Shown: positions 7,664 through 17,698, counted from the stretch's first letter. The stretch is DNA of 32,000 nt from Candidatus Heimdallarchaeota archaeon B3_Heim (GCA_003144275.1 NJBF01000035.1:9288-41287); one strand, 5' to 3'. The notes: generated from the sequence alone by a model not told the origin. Numbers and translations are program-made.

Positions 7664-7788
7664 TGATTTCTTATAAATGGACTATCAATGAGGGTAGAAT
7701 GTCCAAATTATTCATGAATATCAAATATCCAAGCACTCATTCCTTTTTCTTAGCTTATCGCTCTAATAATTTTCCTAAATAGATACTT

Positions 7789-7838
7789 TTTTATATGAAT
7801 GTTAGAAATATTTAACATGATGTTAGAAATATCTAACG
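7789..7838 (+). promoter_or_regulatory. TATA box followed by two tandem palindromic operators
   Basis: TTTTATAT at 7789-7796; TGTTAGAAATATTTAACA (7800-7817) and TGTTAGAAATATCTAACG (7821-7838), 21 bp apart. Confidence 0.6.
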
Positions 7839-7867
7839 TGTAAACCGAAGGAGAAATATGAAAAAAA

Positions 7868-8593
7868 ATGATCAAGGTCAAAAATCTAACAAAAGAATTT
7901 AATGGTATAACTGCTGTTAATGATATCAGTTTTCAGGTTGAGGAAGGAGAAGTGTTTGCTTTTCTTGGTCCTAATGGTGCTGGAAAGACTACTACTGTGA
8001 ATATATTATCAACACTGTTAGCACCGACTTCTGGTAAAGCTATAGTTGCTGGGTATGATGTTTCAAAAAAGGGAATAAAAATCAGGCGTTTGATAGGTTA
8101 CTTACCAGAGGATTTCGGATTATACCCAGGTTTAACAATTATTCAAAACCTTGATTTTTTCGGAGGATTGTATAAAATCAGTAAGAATGAAAGAAAAGTC
8201 AGAATTGAGGAATTGCTTGAGTTTTTCGATATATGGGAAAAGAAGAATGCTCCTGTTTCAACCCTTTCCAAAGGAACAAAACAAAAAGTTAGTTTAGCGA
8301 AAGCTATGATTCATAATCCAGAGATTCTTTTTTTAGATGAACCTACCTCAGGTCTTGACCCTATGATAGCAAAAGAAGTTTTAGACATGATAACTGAACT
8401 GAAAAAAGATGGTAAAACGATACTCATGACAACACATCTCTTAGCTAGAGCAGAAAAGGTTTGTGACTCTGTAGCACTCATAAGTGAGGGTGAAATTCTT
8501 TGTGTAGGAAAAATAGCTGAAATTAAGTCTGAATTGAAAACCTCGACACTAGAAGATGTTTATTTTGCGGTGATAGGTGAGAATCATGGTTGA
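7868..8593 (+). CDS. ABC transporter ATP-binding protein
   Basis: Walker A GPNGAGKTT, signature LSKG, Walker B LFLDEP, H-loop. Confidence 0.95.
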   Translation: MIKVKNLTKEFNGITAVNDISFQVEEGEVFAFLGPNGAGKTTTVNILSTLLAPTSGKAIVAGYDVSKKGIKIRRLIGYLPEDFGLYPGLTIIQNLDFFGGLYKISKNERKVRIEELLEFFDIWEKKNAPVSTLSKGTKQKVSLAKAMIHNPEILFLDEPTSGLDPMIAKEVLDMITELKKDGKTILMTTHLLARAEKVCDSVALISEGEILCVGKIAEIKSELKTSTLEDVYFAVIGENHG

Positions 8594-9272
8594 GGTAGAG
8601 ATAGAAATTTGTAAGAAGGAGTTAAGAACACGATTTGGGTCAAAGAGTGTTGTTCTCCCTATATTGCTTGCCATGGGAATACCAATACTAGTATTTATTC
8701 CTCAATTACTGGAAGTTATGAATCAGGCTGAACCTGGAAGCGAATACTTAAGCTTAATGTTTTTTTTAGTTATTCCAGTTATGATTACGACTCTTGTTGG
8801 AATACATACTTTCATTAACGAAATTAGATGGAAAACAATAAAATCAATCCTTGCAGCTCCAATCTCAGAAGGGGAGATTTTTATTGGTAAAAGCATGGCA
8901 TGTATCATTGTAGGATTACTGGTAGAAGCATTTCTTTCCGTGATAGTGCTTATTTTTGTAGATGATGTTGCTGTTTCAATATTACTTTTAATATTTTTAA
9001 TTGGACCACTTTCAGTGATATTTACGACTTTTATCTTTATTCTAGGAACATTGAGATTCCCAGCAATTGCAGAGAATGGAGGAGCTGTATTAATGCCGAT
9101 GGGTGGACTCTTAATTATTTTCTTGGTTTCTATATTCCTGAAAGAATTTCTTGGCACCAATCCGATGTTACATGGTATGTTGTTATCGCTTATTATTACG
9201 ATCTTTACAGGTGGGGCTTATTACATATCAAAAAAATGGTTTAACAGAGAGAGGTTAGTACTTGCTGTTTAG
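8577..9272 (+). CDS. ABC-2 type exporter permease (start may be ATG 8586)
   Basis: ~6 hydrophobic helices; 'E...TIKSILAAPISEGEIFIGK' ABC-2 motif; overlaps the ATPase gene. Confidence 0.85.
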   Translation: MRIMVEVEIEICKKELRTRFGSKSVVLPILLAMGIPILVFIPQLLEVMNQAEPGSEYLSLMFFLVIPVMITTLVGIHTFINEIRWKTIKSILAAPISEGEIFIGKSMACIIVGLLVEAFLSVIVLIFVDDVAVSILLLIFLIGPLSVIFTTFIFILGTLRFPAIAENGGAVLMPMGGLLIIFLVSIFLKEFLGTNPMLHGMLLSLIITIFTGGAYYISKKWFNRERLVLAV

Positions 9273-9284
9273 GGGTTAAAGAAT

Positions 9285-9704
9285 ATGGCATCGGAAGCTC
9301 TCAATCAAAAAACCTTTCCATTAGTAATTCCTATTCTACTAGGTGGAGTTTTAATTTTAATGGGAGGCCTAGGGGTTTATACAAGTGAAAACAATAATGA
9401 AATTTTATTGAGCGGATTCATTATCATACTTGGAACTTCGCTCTTACTCTATTCATTCAGGGAGTTCAAACGAAGACATGAAAACGTCTCAATTATTAGT
9501 CACGATGAGAGATCAATAACTAACAGGTTAAAGGCTACAGATTGGAGTTTTAGATTCCTTTACATCTCTCTAATGGTTCTGATCGTACTAAATGCCATGA
9601 ATCTCCTCAACAATATATCTTTTATTGCTTTAACTGGTCCTATTATTGCAGTAGGGGTTTCTTTACAATATTTTCTGTATTATTGGTATGAGCAGAGAGG
9701 ATGA
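9285..9704 (+). CDS. Membrane protein, DUF2178-like
   Basis: 4 TM segments with '[11 protein letters not shown]' motif; sits upstream of an XRE gene as typical for this family. Confidence 0.6.
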   Translation: MASEALNQKTFPLVIPILLGGVLILMGGLGVYTSENNNEILLSGFIIILGTSLLLYSFREFKRRHENVSIISHDERSITNRLKATDWSFRFLYISLMVLIVLNAMNLLNNISFIALTGPIIAVGVSLQYFLYYWYEQRG

Positions 9705-9916
9705 GCGGAAAATCTATGAAAACCTGGATTAAAGAGTTAAGAGCAAGGGAAAACCTAACTCAGAAGGAACTTGCAGATAAGGTAGGTGTGAGAAGGGAAA
9801 CTATAGTATTCTTGGAGAAGGGAAAATATAATCCCTCACTTAAATTGGCATACAACATCGCAAAGGTTTTCAAAACACCAATTGAGGAAGTTTTTTTCTT
9901 TGAACAAGATGATTAG
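9701..9916 (+). CDS. XRE-family helix-turn-helix regulator
   Basis: [32 protein letters not shown]...IEEVF. Confidence 0.9.
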   Translation: MSGKSMKTWIKELRARENLTQKELADKVGVRRETIVFLEKGKYNPSLKLAYNIAKVFKTPIEEVFFFEQDD

Positions 9917-9958
9917 CTTTAACCGTAATCCTAGCAAGGAAATATTAGTATATACTTT

Positions 9959-9986
9959 TGTAATCTAAACCAGCCATGGACGGAGT
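9959..9986 (+). repeat. Site S5
   Basis: TGTAATCTAAA-CCAGCC-ATGGACGGAGT; 27 nt (9956-9982) identical to 22076-22102. Confidence 0.85.
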
Positions 9987-10153
9987 TCAGACATTACCAA
10001 ATTTATTCAATCCGATTTTGTCTCCATTATCAAGGCATTACTCCTGATAGTTACCTTACATCATCTTAGAATTATTTCATCTAATCTGACTTTATTACTT
10101 CATTCGACTCTCTTTTCTATTATAATGAGAATTTTAGATCCATATAGGTTTAA

Positions 10154-10228
10154 ATGTTCTCAAATGTGAAGATTACCAATTTTATATGTTCTCAAACGTC
10201 AAGAACATAAACCTTATATGTTTTCAAG
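10154..10228 (+). promoter_or_regulatory. Three direct repeats at 32-bp period upstream of ABC operon
   Basis: ATGTTCTCAAA at 10154 and 10186, ATGTTTTCAAG at 10218. The middle copy forms the palindrome ATGTTCT-N9-AGAACAT. Confidence 0.5.
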
Positions 10229-10284
10229 GAAACAATCTCATTAAACATTGATAAGTGCTTAAAAGTGCTCAAGAGTTGGTTTAA

Positions 10285-11193
10285 ATGACTGAACAAATAG
10301 TTCTTGAAATCAATAATCTCAGCAAATATTATGGAAAACTCCTTGCTGTAAATAATGTAAATATTACTGTTAAAACAGGAACAGTTTACGGATTTTTAGG
10401 CCCAAATGGAGCAGGAAAAACCACCACTATTAGAATTATTCTTAGTATCCTCAAACCATCAAGTGGGGAGGTAAAATTATTTGGAATTCCTGTTGATCGA
10501 TCTAATGTTCAAATTCATGATAGAATTGGATATATTCCCGGTGATGTAGCTTTATATGGACATTTAACTGTCAAACAAATGCTTGATTATTTTGCTTCTC
10601 TTAGATCAAATCGGCCCTCATCGCGAATGGAAGAAATGGTGAAATTATTTGATTTGGATGTTACAAAAAATACTAAAACGTTAAGCAGGGGCAATAGGCA
10701 AAAGGTTGCCATAGTTCAAGCGTTTATGCATGATCCTGATTTTTATATTTTTGATGAACCTTCGAGTGGATTAGATCCTTTAATGCAACAGGTTCTATAT
10801 GATTTAATCACTGAAGAAGTAGAAAATGGAAAAACTTTTTTTATTTCTAGTCATTATCTAGGAGAAATCCAAAAAATTGCTAATCTAGTGTCAATAATTC
10901 GAGAGGGTGAAATTATCTCAACCATGGATGTTTCTAAACTTGACCAACAGGTAGTACAGAAAGTCCATATTGATTTTAAATCCGAGGTTAATCCGTCATT
11001 ACTTCAGGATCCGAATATAACGGTATTATCTCAGGACAAAAATGAGTTAATTTTGATAGTAAAGGGTGATTTTCATACTTTTCTTGAAAAAATTTCCAGA
11101 TTTCCCATAGAAAGATTTTATGCACCAGAACCGTCTCTTGAAGACTATTTTATGCATTTTTATGATCTTAAGAATAGATCTGGGGGGAAGTAA
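10285..11193 (+). CDS. ABC transporter ATP-binding protein
   Basis: GPNGAGKTT, LSRGN, IFDEP, SSH; C-terminal 'EPSLEDYF'. Confidence 0.95.
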   Translation: MTEQIVLEINNLSKYYGKLLAVNNVNITVKTGTVYGFLGPNGAGKTTTIRIILSILKPSSGEVKLFGIPVDRSNVQIHDRIGYIPGDVALYGHLTVKQMLDYFASLRSNRPSSRMEEMVKLFDLDVTKNTKTLSRGNRQKVAIVQAFMHDPDFYIFDEPSSGLDPLMQQVLYDLITEEVENGKTFFISSHYLGEIQKIANLVSIIREGEIISTMDVSKLDQQVVQKVHIDFKSEVNPSLLQDPNITVLSQDKNELILIVKGDFHTFLEKISRFPIERFYAPEPSLEDYFMHFYDLKNRSGGK

Positions 11194-12879
11194 ATGAAGG
11201 TTTTTTTTGATAGCATCAGACAAGAAAAAGGATTAATGCTTGCTTTTTTATTCTTTTCAACAGTATTTATCGTATTAATGATCATGATTTATCCAGGTGA
11301 TGAAGCAGCTGTTGAACAAATCACTGGTTTAGAGGATATGGGAGACTGGGAGGCGATTTATGGGATCGTTTATGGAGAGGGAGGTGAATATCGATTCTGG
11401 TTGGCATTGTTTCTTTTTAGTTATATTGGAATTTTATATACAGCAATACCTGCACTCGTGGGTACAAACGTCTTTTCAAAGGATAATGATGATAATACAA
11501 TTGATTTATTAATGTCCAATCCGATAACCAGAAGAAAAATCTTACTAGAAAAAATGTTAGCTGTCTTATCATTGTCTTTTGGATCGATACTTTATTTATT
11601 TCTTGTTATTTATCTTTTATCACTTGTAATTGGCCAAAATATTTCCATTGAATTATTATTTGCATCATGTATTCAATTATTTATACTACTTGTCTTTATA
11701 GGGCTAATCAGTATCTTATTTGCTGTTTTATTCTTAGATTCTGGTCGTGCAAAACGTTATATTGGTATTATAATTGTAGGATCATTCATAATTGGTCTTA
11801 TTGTGTTATTTTCTGAAGAATTAGAATTCCTCAAATATTTTCAAGTTTTCTATTATTATGATAGTGCATCTACAATTCTAAAACCTTCTATTGGACAAGT
11901 TGTGTGGGATAAGGCTCTTTATCTTCTTATTTTCTCTATCCTAATATTTGGAATAATCCTTGTAATAAATGATCGGAAAGATCTTATTCCTCATTTTTCT
12001 CATGAAATTGACGAAAAAAAATCTAAAGAAAAAGGAATTCCATTGCTTTTCTTTTTTGTTGGAAGATTCCAACACCGATTTCCCAGTTTTGTTGAGCAAC
12101 TTCAATCAGATAAGGCATTCATTTACCTGTTTGCATTGTTATTGACAATTTCAGGTCTTGTTACACCATCAATGTATCCTGGAGATGAAGCGTGGGTCGG
12201 TCTTTCAAAGACCTATAGTTCAATGGATGTCTTGATGAGCGCAATTTTACGAGATCATGGTGTTGCAAACTCATTTATTGGATATATTGCTACTGAAGGT
12301 TTTGGAGAGTATTTCCTTTATTCAGGAATAATTTCAATGTTTTTGGGCTCAAAAATTATTATTAGAGATCAGAAATCAAACACCCTAGATTTATTATTTG
12401 CACATTCAAGATCCACCTCTAAAATATTAAAAGAAAGGTTAGCTGCGATAACCTTAGAAATTTTTACCGTCTTTTCATTAAATTATATTGCATATATTGT
12501 AGGTATAAGTTTATATGGAAACGGTTTCAATTATATTCCAATTTTGGGAATTGGAATCTTTCTTACATTTCTAATAGTAATTACAATGACATTTTTAGTT
12601 GTATTGCTTTCCATATTCATAAAAAATCCCAGTAAAGCAATTGCGATTTCAGGAATGACTTATTTTGGAATTCTATTGGTATTTATGCTGGCATATACTA
12701 TTGATCAAATTAAGTTCCTCTCCACTCTGACCCCCTTTTACTGGATTGATAGAATTAGGATCCTTTATGAAGAAACAATTATTTTCGAAGATATTTTTAT
12801 CATTAGTCTATATTTGTGCTTTATTTGTATTATATATTTTATCTGTATTAGGAAAATTAATGGCCGTGAATATTTCTAG
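11194..12879 (+). CDS. ABC-2 permease with internally duplicated domain
   Basis: Two homologous halves, each with YPGDEA and 'NT(I/L)DLL' motifs; ~12 TM. Confidence 0.85.
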   Translation: MKVFFDSIRQEKGLMLAFLFFSTVFIVLMIMIYPGDEAAVEQITGLEDMGDWEAIYGIVYGEGGEYRFWLALFLFSYIGILYTAIPALVGTNVFSKDNDDNTIDLLMSNPITRRKILLEKMLAVLSLSFGSILYLFLVIYLLSLVIGQNISIELLFASCIQLFILLVFIGLISILFAVLFLDSGRAKRYIGIIIVGSFIIGLIVLFSEELEFLKYFQVFYYYDSASTILKPSIGQVVWDKALYLLIFSILIFGIILVINDRKDLIPHFSHEIDEKKSKEKGIPLLFFFVGRFQHRFPSFVEQLQSDKAFIYLFALLLTISGLVTPSMYPGDEAWVGLSKTYSSMDVLMSAILRDHGVANSFIGYIATEGFGEYFLYSGIISMFLGSKIIIRDQKSNTLDLLFAHSRSTSKILKERLAAITLEIFTVFSLNYIAYIVGISLYGNGFNYIPILGIGIFLTFLIVITMTFLVVLLSIFIKNPSKAIAISGMTYFGILLVFMLAYTIDQIKFLSTLTPFYWIDRIRILYEETIIFEDIFIISLYLCFICIIYFICIRKINGREYF

Positions 12880-13008
12880 TTAGCTTTCTAGATGTTTAGA
12901 AAATGATTAGTTTTGATCATCATCCTTTAGTATAAGCTTTCAAATTCTTAATTAGCCTAAATCTCTTTTGAATATCAAAGTAAATAAAATCTCAGATTAT
13001 ATACCAGA

Positions 13009-13048
13009 GTGAGATGTGCGCGAAATTTTATTTTTCGCTGTTTTGACA
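13009..13048 (+). repeat. 40-bp repeat (copy 1), probable mobile-element end
   Basis: GTGAGATGTGCGCGAAATTTTATTTTTCGCTGTTTTGACA; 39/40 identical to 31846-31885. Confidence 0.85.
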
Positions 13049-14902
13049 GATGGGGAAGAAACAGACGCAAGATACATAGCTGACGTTGCTGATATGATTA
13101 CGAACAATCATACACAAGTCCATGTCATTTTATTAGGTGTGGACACAGAAGCTTCTGAACTACAAGAGCTAGCGTATGCTACACAAGGGTCGATTCATTT
13201 TGCTTTTGATCCTGCATCAGGTACTTTAACCTCTGATCTAGCAGATATTTATCGTTCTATCGCAGAGCAAACAACCAATGAACAACGAGTCTTTTCAAAC
13301 TCAGCAGTACTTAAAGGGACTAATTGGAATATAGAGGATTCATTTTCTCTCGACCAAGCGAAAAAAGCTACAATAGTCCTTAACTATAAAGCCAGTTCTC
13401 CTCTTGTTGGGCAACCAGTAGTGGTACAAACGCCTGGAGGTGCAAATATTTCAGCAACGTTTACAGGAGGAAAACAAGGGGTAACAAACTACTATGGCCA
13501 TTACGTTTGGATTTTAAACCAACCTATTGCAGGTATTTACAAAATAATAGTTGGTCAGGGATCAGGAGATATTGAATATTTCACAGAAGCTTCTGTTGAA
13601 GGCCCCGTCTCAATGAATATCTATTTTCCTCTCCCTGATCGACGATCTTTAAAAGAACCTAGTTTAAGAGTAACTGGGTGTGAATTTCCGATTCTTGTGT
13701 CACTTGCTGATGATACTCCTATTATTGACGCTCGTATTAATGCTTCCATTATAACTGGAACGAGTTATACGAATTATGAATCATGGAATTTAATGCTTTA
13801 TGATGATGGACATCATGGAGATGGTTTACCTGCTGATGGAGTCTATGGAAATTGGTTTACAAGGACAATGAACCCAGGAACATATTCTGTCAAAGTTCAA
13901 GCCACTGGATATTCCTCTATTACTGGAGATTTCACGCGTGAAGTAAATCAAGCATTTCATCTAACTCCTGATGAGGATTTGGATAAAGATGGCTTGCCTG
14001 ATGGATGGGAAACACGATTTGGGATGAATACCCAAACTGTGGTTGGTGAAGACGGTGGAAAAGGGGATCAAGACCTTGATGGTTTAGAAAATCTTGATGA
14101 GCTAATGTACGGGACGAGTCCAATAACAGCAGATACAGATCGCGGAGGAGAAAGTGATTTCTCAGAGGTCAATGGCAGTCGTGATCCCTACTTCATGGAA
14201 GATGATAATCTTGTTCTACCCCACTTTCTGGCCATTCCTGGGAACCAGAATGTTACGATTCGATTCCAACCAAGACCTGGAGTAGTCCAATTTAAGCTTT
14301 ATCGTGCTGATAACATTAGTAAAAGCTTTGTGCTTATAGACGATTCGATAGACGCGAGTACACTCGAGTTTATTGATTCTGGTTTGACTAACGGTGAAAT
14401 TTATTACTATCGAATGATTGCTGTGAATTCAGGAGGGGCTGAAAGTGGTTATAGTCCGATAATGAGTGTTATCCCTAGGATTGATACAATTCGACCTGTT
14501 GCATTTGTTTTTATTAACAATGGAGATCAATACACTAATAATCCTACAGTAACATTAAAAATGATCACTAATGAAACAGATATCACACACATGCGAGTTT
14601 CGCAAACATCGTCATTTGAAGGAGGTTCATGGGTACACTTTCAAAATACTATTATGTTCACATTGATGGGTATAGGGCCACAATTTGTATTTGTAGAATT
14701 CAAAGATACGTTCGGGAATATAGGCGGGAATGATCGTGGTATATATGCTTATGATGGAATAATCATTGATCCCAGCTATTCACCCCCAAGTTCATCCAGT
14801 ACTACTCAAAATGCAGATTGGGCTTCTTTCGATATTGTTGTTTATGGGTTGATTATCTCATCAATAATTCTTTACAGGAAGAAAAAGAAATTAAAAAGGT
14901 GA
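13016..14902 (+). CDS. 5'-truncated VWA / CLCA-like surface protein with Ca-binding repeats, FN3-like domain and C-terminal TM anchor
   Basis: VWA second half (LTDGEE, no DxSxS); LYDDGHHGDGLPADGVY (CLCA/choice-of-anchor X-like); DLDKDGLPDGWE repeats; FN3-like YYYRMIAVN; Ser/Thr linker, TM, RKKKK tail. No signal peptide; the first codons derive from the 40-bp repeat. Confidence 0.7.
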   Translation: MREILFFAVLTDGEETDARYIADVADMITNNHTQVHVILLGVDTEASELQELAYATQGSIHFAFDPASGTLTSDLADIYRSIAEQTTNEQRVFSNSAVLKGTNWNIEDSFSLDQAKKATIVLNYKASSPLVGQPVVVQTPGGANISATFTGGKQGVTNYYGHYVWILNQPIAGIYKIIVGQGSGDIEYFTEASVEGPVSMNIYFPLPDRRSLKEPSLRVTGCEFPILVSLADDTPIIDARINASIITGTSYTNYESWNLMLYDDGHHGDGLPADGVYGNWFTRTMNPGTYSVKVQATGYSSITGDFTREVNQAFHLTPDEDLDKDGLPDGWETRFGMNTQTVVGEDGGKGDQDLDGLENLDELMYGTSPITADTDRGGESDFSEVNGSRDPYFMEDDNLVLPHFLAIPGNQNVTIRFQPRPGVVQFKLYRADNISKSFVLIDDSIDASTLEFIDSGLTNGEIYYYRMIAVNSGGAESGYSPIMSVIPRIDTIRPVAFVFINNGDQYTNNPTVTLKMITNETDITHMRVSQTSSFEGGSWVHFQNTIMFTLMGIGPQFVFVEFKDTFGNIGGNDRGIYAYDGIIIDPSYSPPSSSSTTQNADWASFDIVVYGLIISSIILYRKKKKLKR

Positions 14903-15079
14903 AAAATTCCCCGTACCACTTTTAACTTACTTATCACCTCTTTTTATCTGCAAATCCCCCTCTTTTCAGATTGGTGCTATCCAAGTTATCTATTTTATGT
15001 TAGCTAGAGATTCCATATAAGAAACAGAAACGGGTATTTAGACATTTACTTATAAGATTAAAATCTATGTGGAAAAAAC

Positions 15080-15784
15080 ATGGTGTGTATAGAACTAGAA
15101 CCGTGGATAGAAAAACAAATCCCTCCGAATTTGGTAGATCACTTCAAAAATCTACGTAAAGATCAATTAGCATTACAAAAAAGGGTGATTATTGAGGATC
15201 ATCCTTCTTTATCAAGGATTTCCCTCGTGGCGGGTTGTGATGTTTCATATTTTTCTAATGGTGATGCTTGTGCTGGTATAGCGGTTCTAGAAATCCCTAG
15301 CTTAACTCAGGTAGAATATGTGTTCTATATCTACACACCCAAAATTGACTATGTTCCTACATTTCTAGCATATCGAGAGGCACCAGGGATAGTGGAGGCA
15401 TATAAGAAACTACAAAACAAACCAGATCTTATTGTGGTTGATGGAAATGGTATTCTTCACCCTCACAAGTTGGGTATTGCATCTCATTTAGGAATTATTC
15501 TGAATAAACCAACCATAGGGGTTGCCAAGCGACTCTTAATAGGGAGCTTTGATGAACAAATCCTATTAGAAAATAAATTCTCTCCTGTTATGTATAAAAA
15601 TCAAGAAATCGGAGCAGCAGTGGTTACTAATCAAAGCTACAAACCGATTTATATTTCACCTGGAAATCTCCTCTCCATTCAGACTGCAAGATCCCTTATC
15701 TCACGCTATACACGTCAACGTTTACCAGAGCCCATTAGATTAGCAGATAAACTTACTCGAGATACCGTGAAGGATTTAGAATAA
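15080..15784 (+). CDS. nfi: Endonuclease V
   Basis: VAGCDVSY, YVPTFLAYRE, LIVVDGNGILHP, LGIASHLG, PEPIRLAD motifs. Confidence 0.95.
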   Translation: MVCIELEPWIEKQIPPNLVDHFKNLRKDQLALQKRVIIEDHPSLSRISLVAGCDVSYFSNGDACAGIAVLEIPSLTQVEYVFYIYTPKIDYVPTFLAYREAPGIVEAYKKLQNKPDLIVVDGNGILHPHKLGIASHLGIILNKPTIGVAKRLLIGSFDEQILLENKFSPVMYKNQEIGAAVVTNQSYKPIYISPGNLLSIQTARSLISRYTRQRLPEPIRLADKLTRDTVKDLE

Positions 15785-15823
15785 TCTGTAGTTTCCTGAA
15801 GATAAACCGATCATTAAGATTGT

Positions 15824-15851
15824 CAAAAACTAAACCAGCCTTTTACGGAGG
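15824..15851 (+). repeat. Site S6
   Basis: CAAAAACTAAA-CCAGCC-TTTTACGGAGG; right arm 9/11 identical to S2/S3. Confidence 0.7.
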
Positions 15852-16002
15852 TAGAGAAAAAACCATTCATTCGTCTAACCTGTACTTATTAGAGTTTATT
15901 TTTGAAATTGATTTATTCTTTTGAAGGTTGACGGAGATAATCATACCTGAATCCCAAGTAAAGAAAAAAGAAATTTAATCTCCACTCTGAATTTGATTTA
16001 TA

Positions 16003-16686
16003 TTGGTTGTGAAGATTCTGACAGAAGATTATCCATTTATTCCTTATTTTCCGGAGACTATTGTAGAAGAAGAAATGATGACTAGGTCAAGAGGTTTCTA
16101 CCACCATGCAAATAAGCGTCGTTCGATTCGACATTTTTCTAATCGACCAATTCCTAGGCAAATCGTTGAAAATATTGTTAGAACTGCTGGAACTGCACCC
16201 TCAGGAGCGAATAAACAACCTTGGACTTTTGTTGTGGTTTCTGATCCTAAACTTAAATCGAAGATTCGAATCGCTGCAGAAATCGAAGAAAAAGAATTTT
16301 ATAAACGTAAAATTACTGATGAATGGCGTAAAGACCTAGCTCCATTAGGTACTGACTGGAAAAAACCTTATTTGGATATAGCACCCATCATTATTGTTGT
16401 TTTCCGACAAGTTTACTCTTTTGATACAAATAAAACTAAACGAAAGCATTATTTCGTAATGGAAAGTATAGGGATAGCTGTTGGAATGCTTATTACTGCG
16501 ATTCATAATTCAGGCTTAGTGACACTAACGCATACCCCCAGTCCAATGAAGTTCCTACGGGAGATATTAAAACGTCCTATCAATGAAAAACCATTTGTAT
16601 TAATGCCCGTTGGTTACCCTGCTGAAAATGTAACTGTACCCGATATAAAAAGGAAAAAACTCTCTGAAATACTAGTGTGGAAATAA
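16003..16686 (+). CDS. Nitroreductase family, iodotyrosine deiodinase-like
   Basis: RRSIRHFS, TAPSGANKQPW, AAEIEEKEFY, LVTLTHTPSPM and PVGYPA match the IYD subfamily. Confidence 0.85.
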   Translation: MVVKILTEDYPFIPYFPETIVEEEMMTRSRGFYHHANKRRSIRHFSNRPIPRQIVENIVRTAGTAPSGANKQPWTFVVVSDPKLKSKIRIAAEIEEKEFYKRKITDEWRKDLAPLGTDWKKPYLDIAPIIIVVFRQVYSFDTNKTKRKHYFVMESIGIAVGMLITAIHNSGLVTLTHTPSPMKFLREILKRPINEKPFVLMPVGYPAENVTVPDIKRKKLSEILVWK

Positions 16687-16942
16687 TCTTTTCTTAAAAA
16701 TGGTGTACTTGGATATTTTGAACTATAAGAACGGGATATTTATTATTGAATATATTCTTGAATTTATTTAATGTCTTTTATTGAAATTGCTTTTTTCTGG
16801 TTCTCTTCAGATAAACCTTGGAATAATCTGTAATTGAATAAATATTAACCAATAAATTGATACCCATTCTTAGTGGAATATTCACAAATCTGTAAATTAC
16901 ACAGTAGGCTAATCTATGCAAACAGAAAACACTTATTAGTCA

Positions 16943-16973
16943 TTGTCTTACAATTCAACCGTTTTGTCTTACA
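16943..16973 (+). promoter_or_regulatory. Candidate NikR operator
   Basis: TTGTCTTACA repeated at 16943 and 16964 (21-bp spacing) directly upstream of an operon that ends in nikR. Confidence 0.4.
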
Positions 16974-17008
16974 CATGAAAATTCCGACATATGAAAGGCG
17001 GAGAAGAA

Positions 17009-17692
17009 ATGCATATACCTGATGGTTGGGTTGATCCTTTTTTTTTAATGATCACCTGGATCGTGACAATTATCATTATCATGGCAAGTATTAGAAAAAT
17101 GAAAGATATTGATGAAACAAGATTGACTTACATGGCAGTTCTTGCTGGAACTATTTTTGCTGCTCAAATGTTGAACTTTCCGATTCTTGGCGGTACTTCT
17201 GGGCATCTTCTAGGAGGTGCTCTTGCTGCATCAATTGTAGGTTTATGGGGTGGGTGTTTAGTCATCTCTGTGGTTTTAATCATTCAGGCCTTCCTTTTCG
17301 CTGATGGTGGGATAATTGCCCTTGGAGCCAATATTTTTAATATGGCTATTGTTGGAGTTTTTGTAGCGTATCTAATTTTACGTTTTTTTATGATCAATAA
17401 AACTCCTAAAAATCGATATCGATACTATGGAGGAGTATTTTTAGGTTCATTCCTCTCAGTAATAATAGCTTCCGTTTTTGCAGCGATAGAAATAGGAATT
17501 CCAGTAATAAATAGTGTATCACAAGTAAATTTTGCGGACTCCTTCTTGATTATCTTATTCTATCACTTACTGATTGGTATTGGAGAGGGGATAATCACAC
17601 TCATAATTGTGAGTTATTTCAATACTATTCAAATGAATATATTTTTTGAGATTAATAATCCCTCAACTACCCACAATTTTTCCAAAAGGTAA
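17009..17692 (+). CDS. cbiM: ECF Ni/Co transporter S component CbiM/NikM
   Basis: Starts MHIPDG if ATG 17009 is used (metal-binding N-terminus); GTSGHLLGG and GIGEG motifs. Confidence 0.9.
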   Translation: MHIPDGWVDPFFLMITWIVTIIIIMASIRKMKDIDETRLTYMAVLAGTIFAAQMLNFPILGGTSGHLLGGALAASIVGLWGGCLVISVVLIIQAFLFADGGIIALGANIFNMAIVGVFVAYLILRFFMINKTPKNRYRYYGGVFLGSFLSVIIASVFAAIEIGIPVINSVSQVNFADSFLIILFYHLLIGIGEGIITLIIVSYFNTIQMNIFFEINNPSTTHNFSKR

Positions 17693-17698
17693 TAGAAA

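Noticed and set aside
4105-9160. Track ORFs 4105-4374, 7259-7597 and 8723-9160
   Set aside because: Antisense shadows of the SQR remnant, radical SAM and permease genes.
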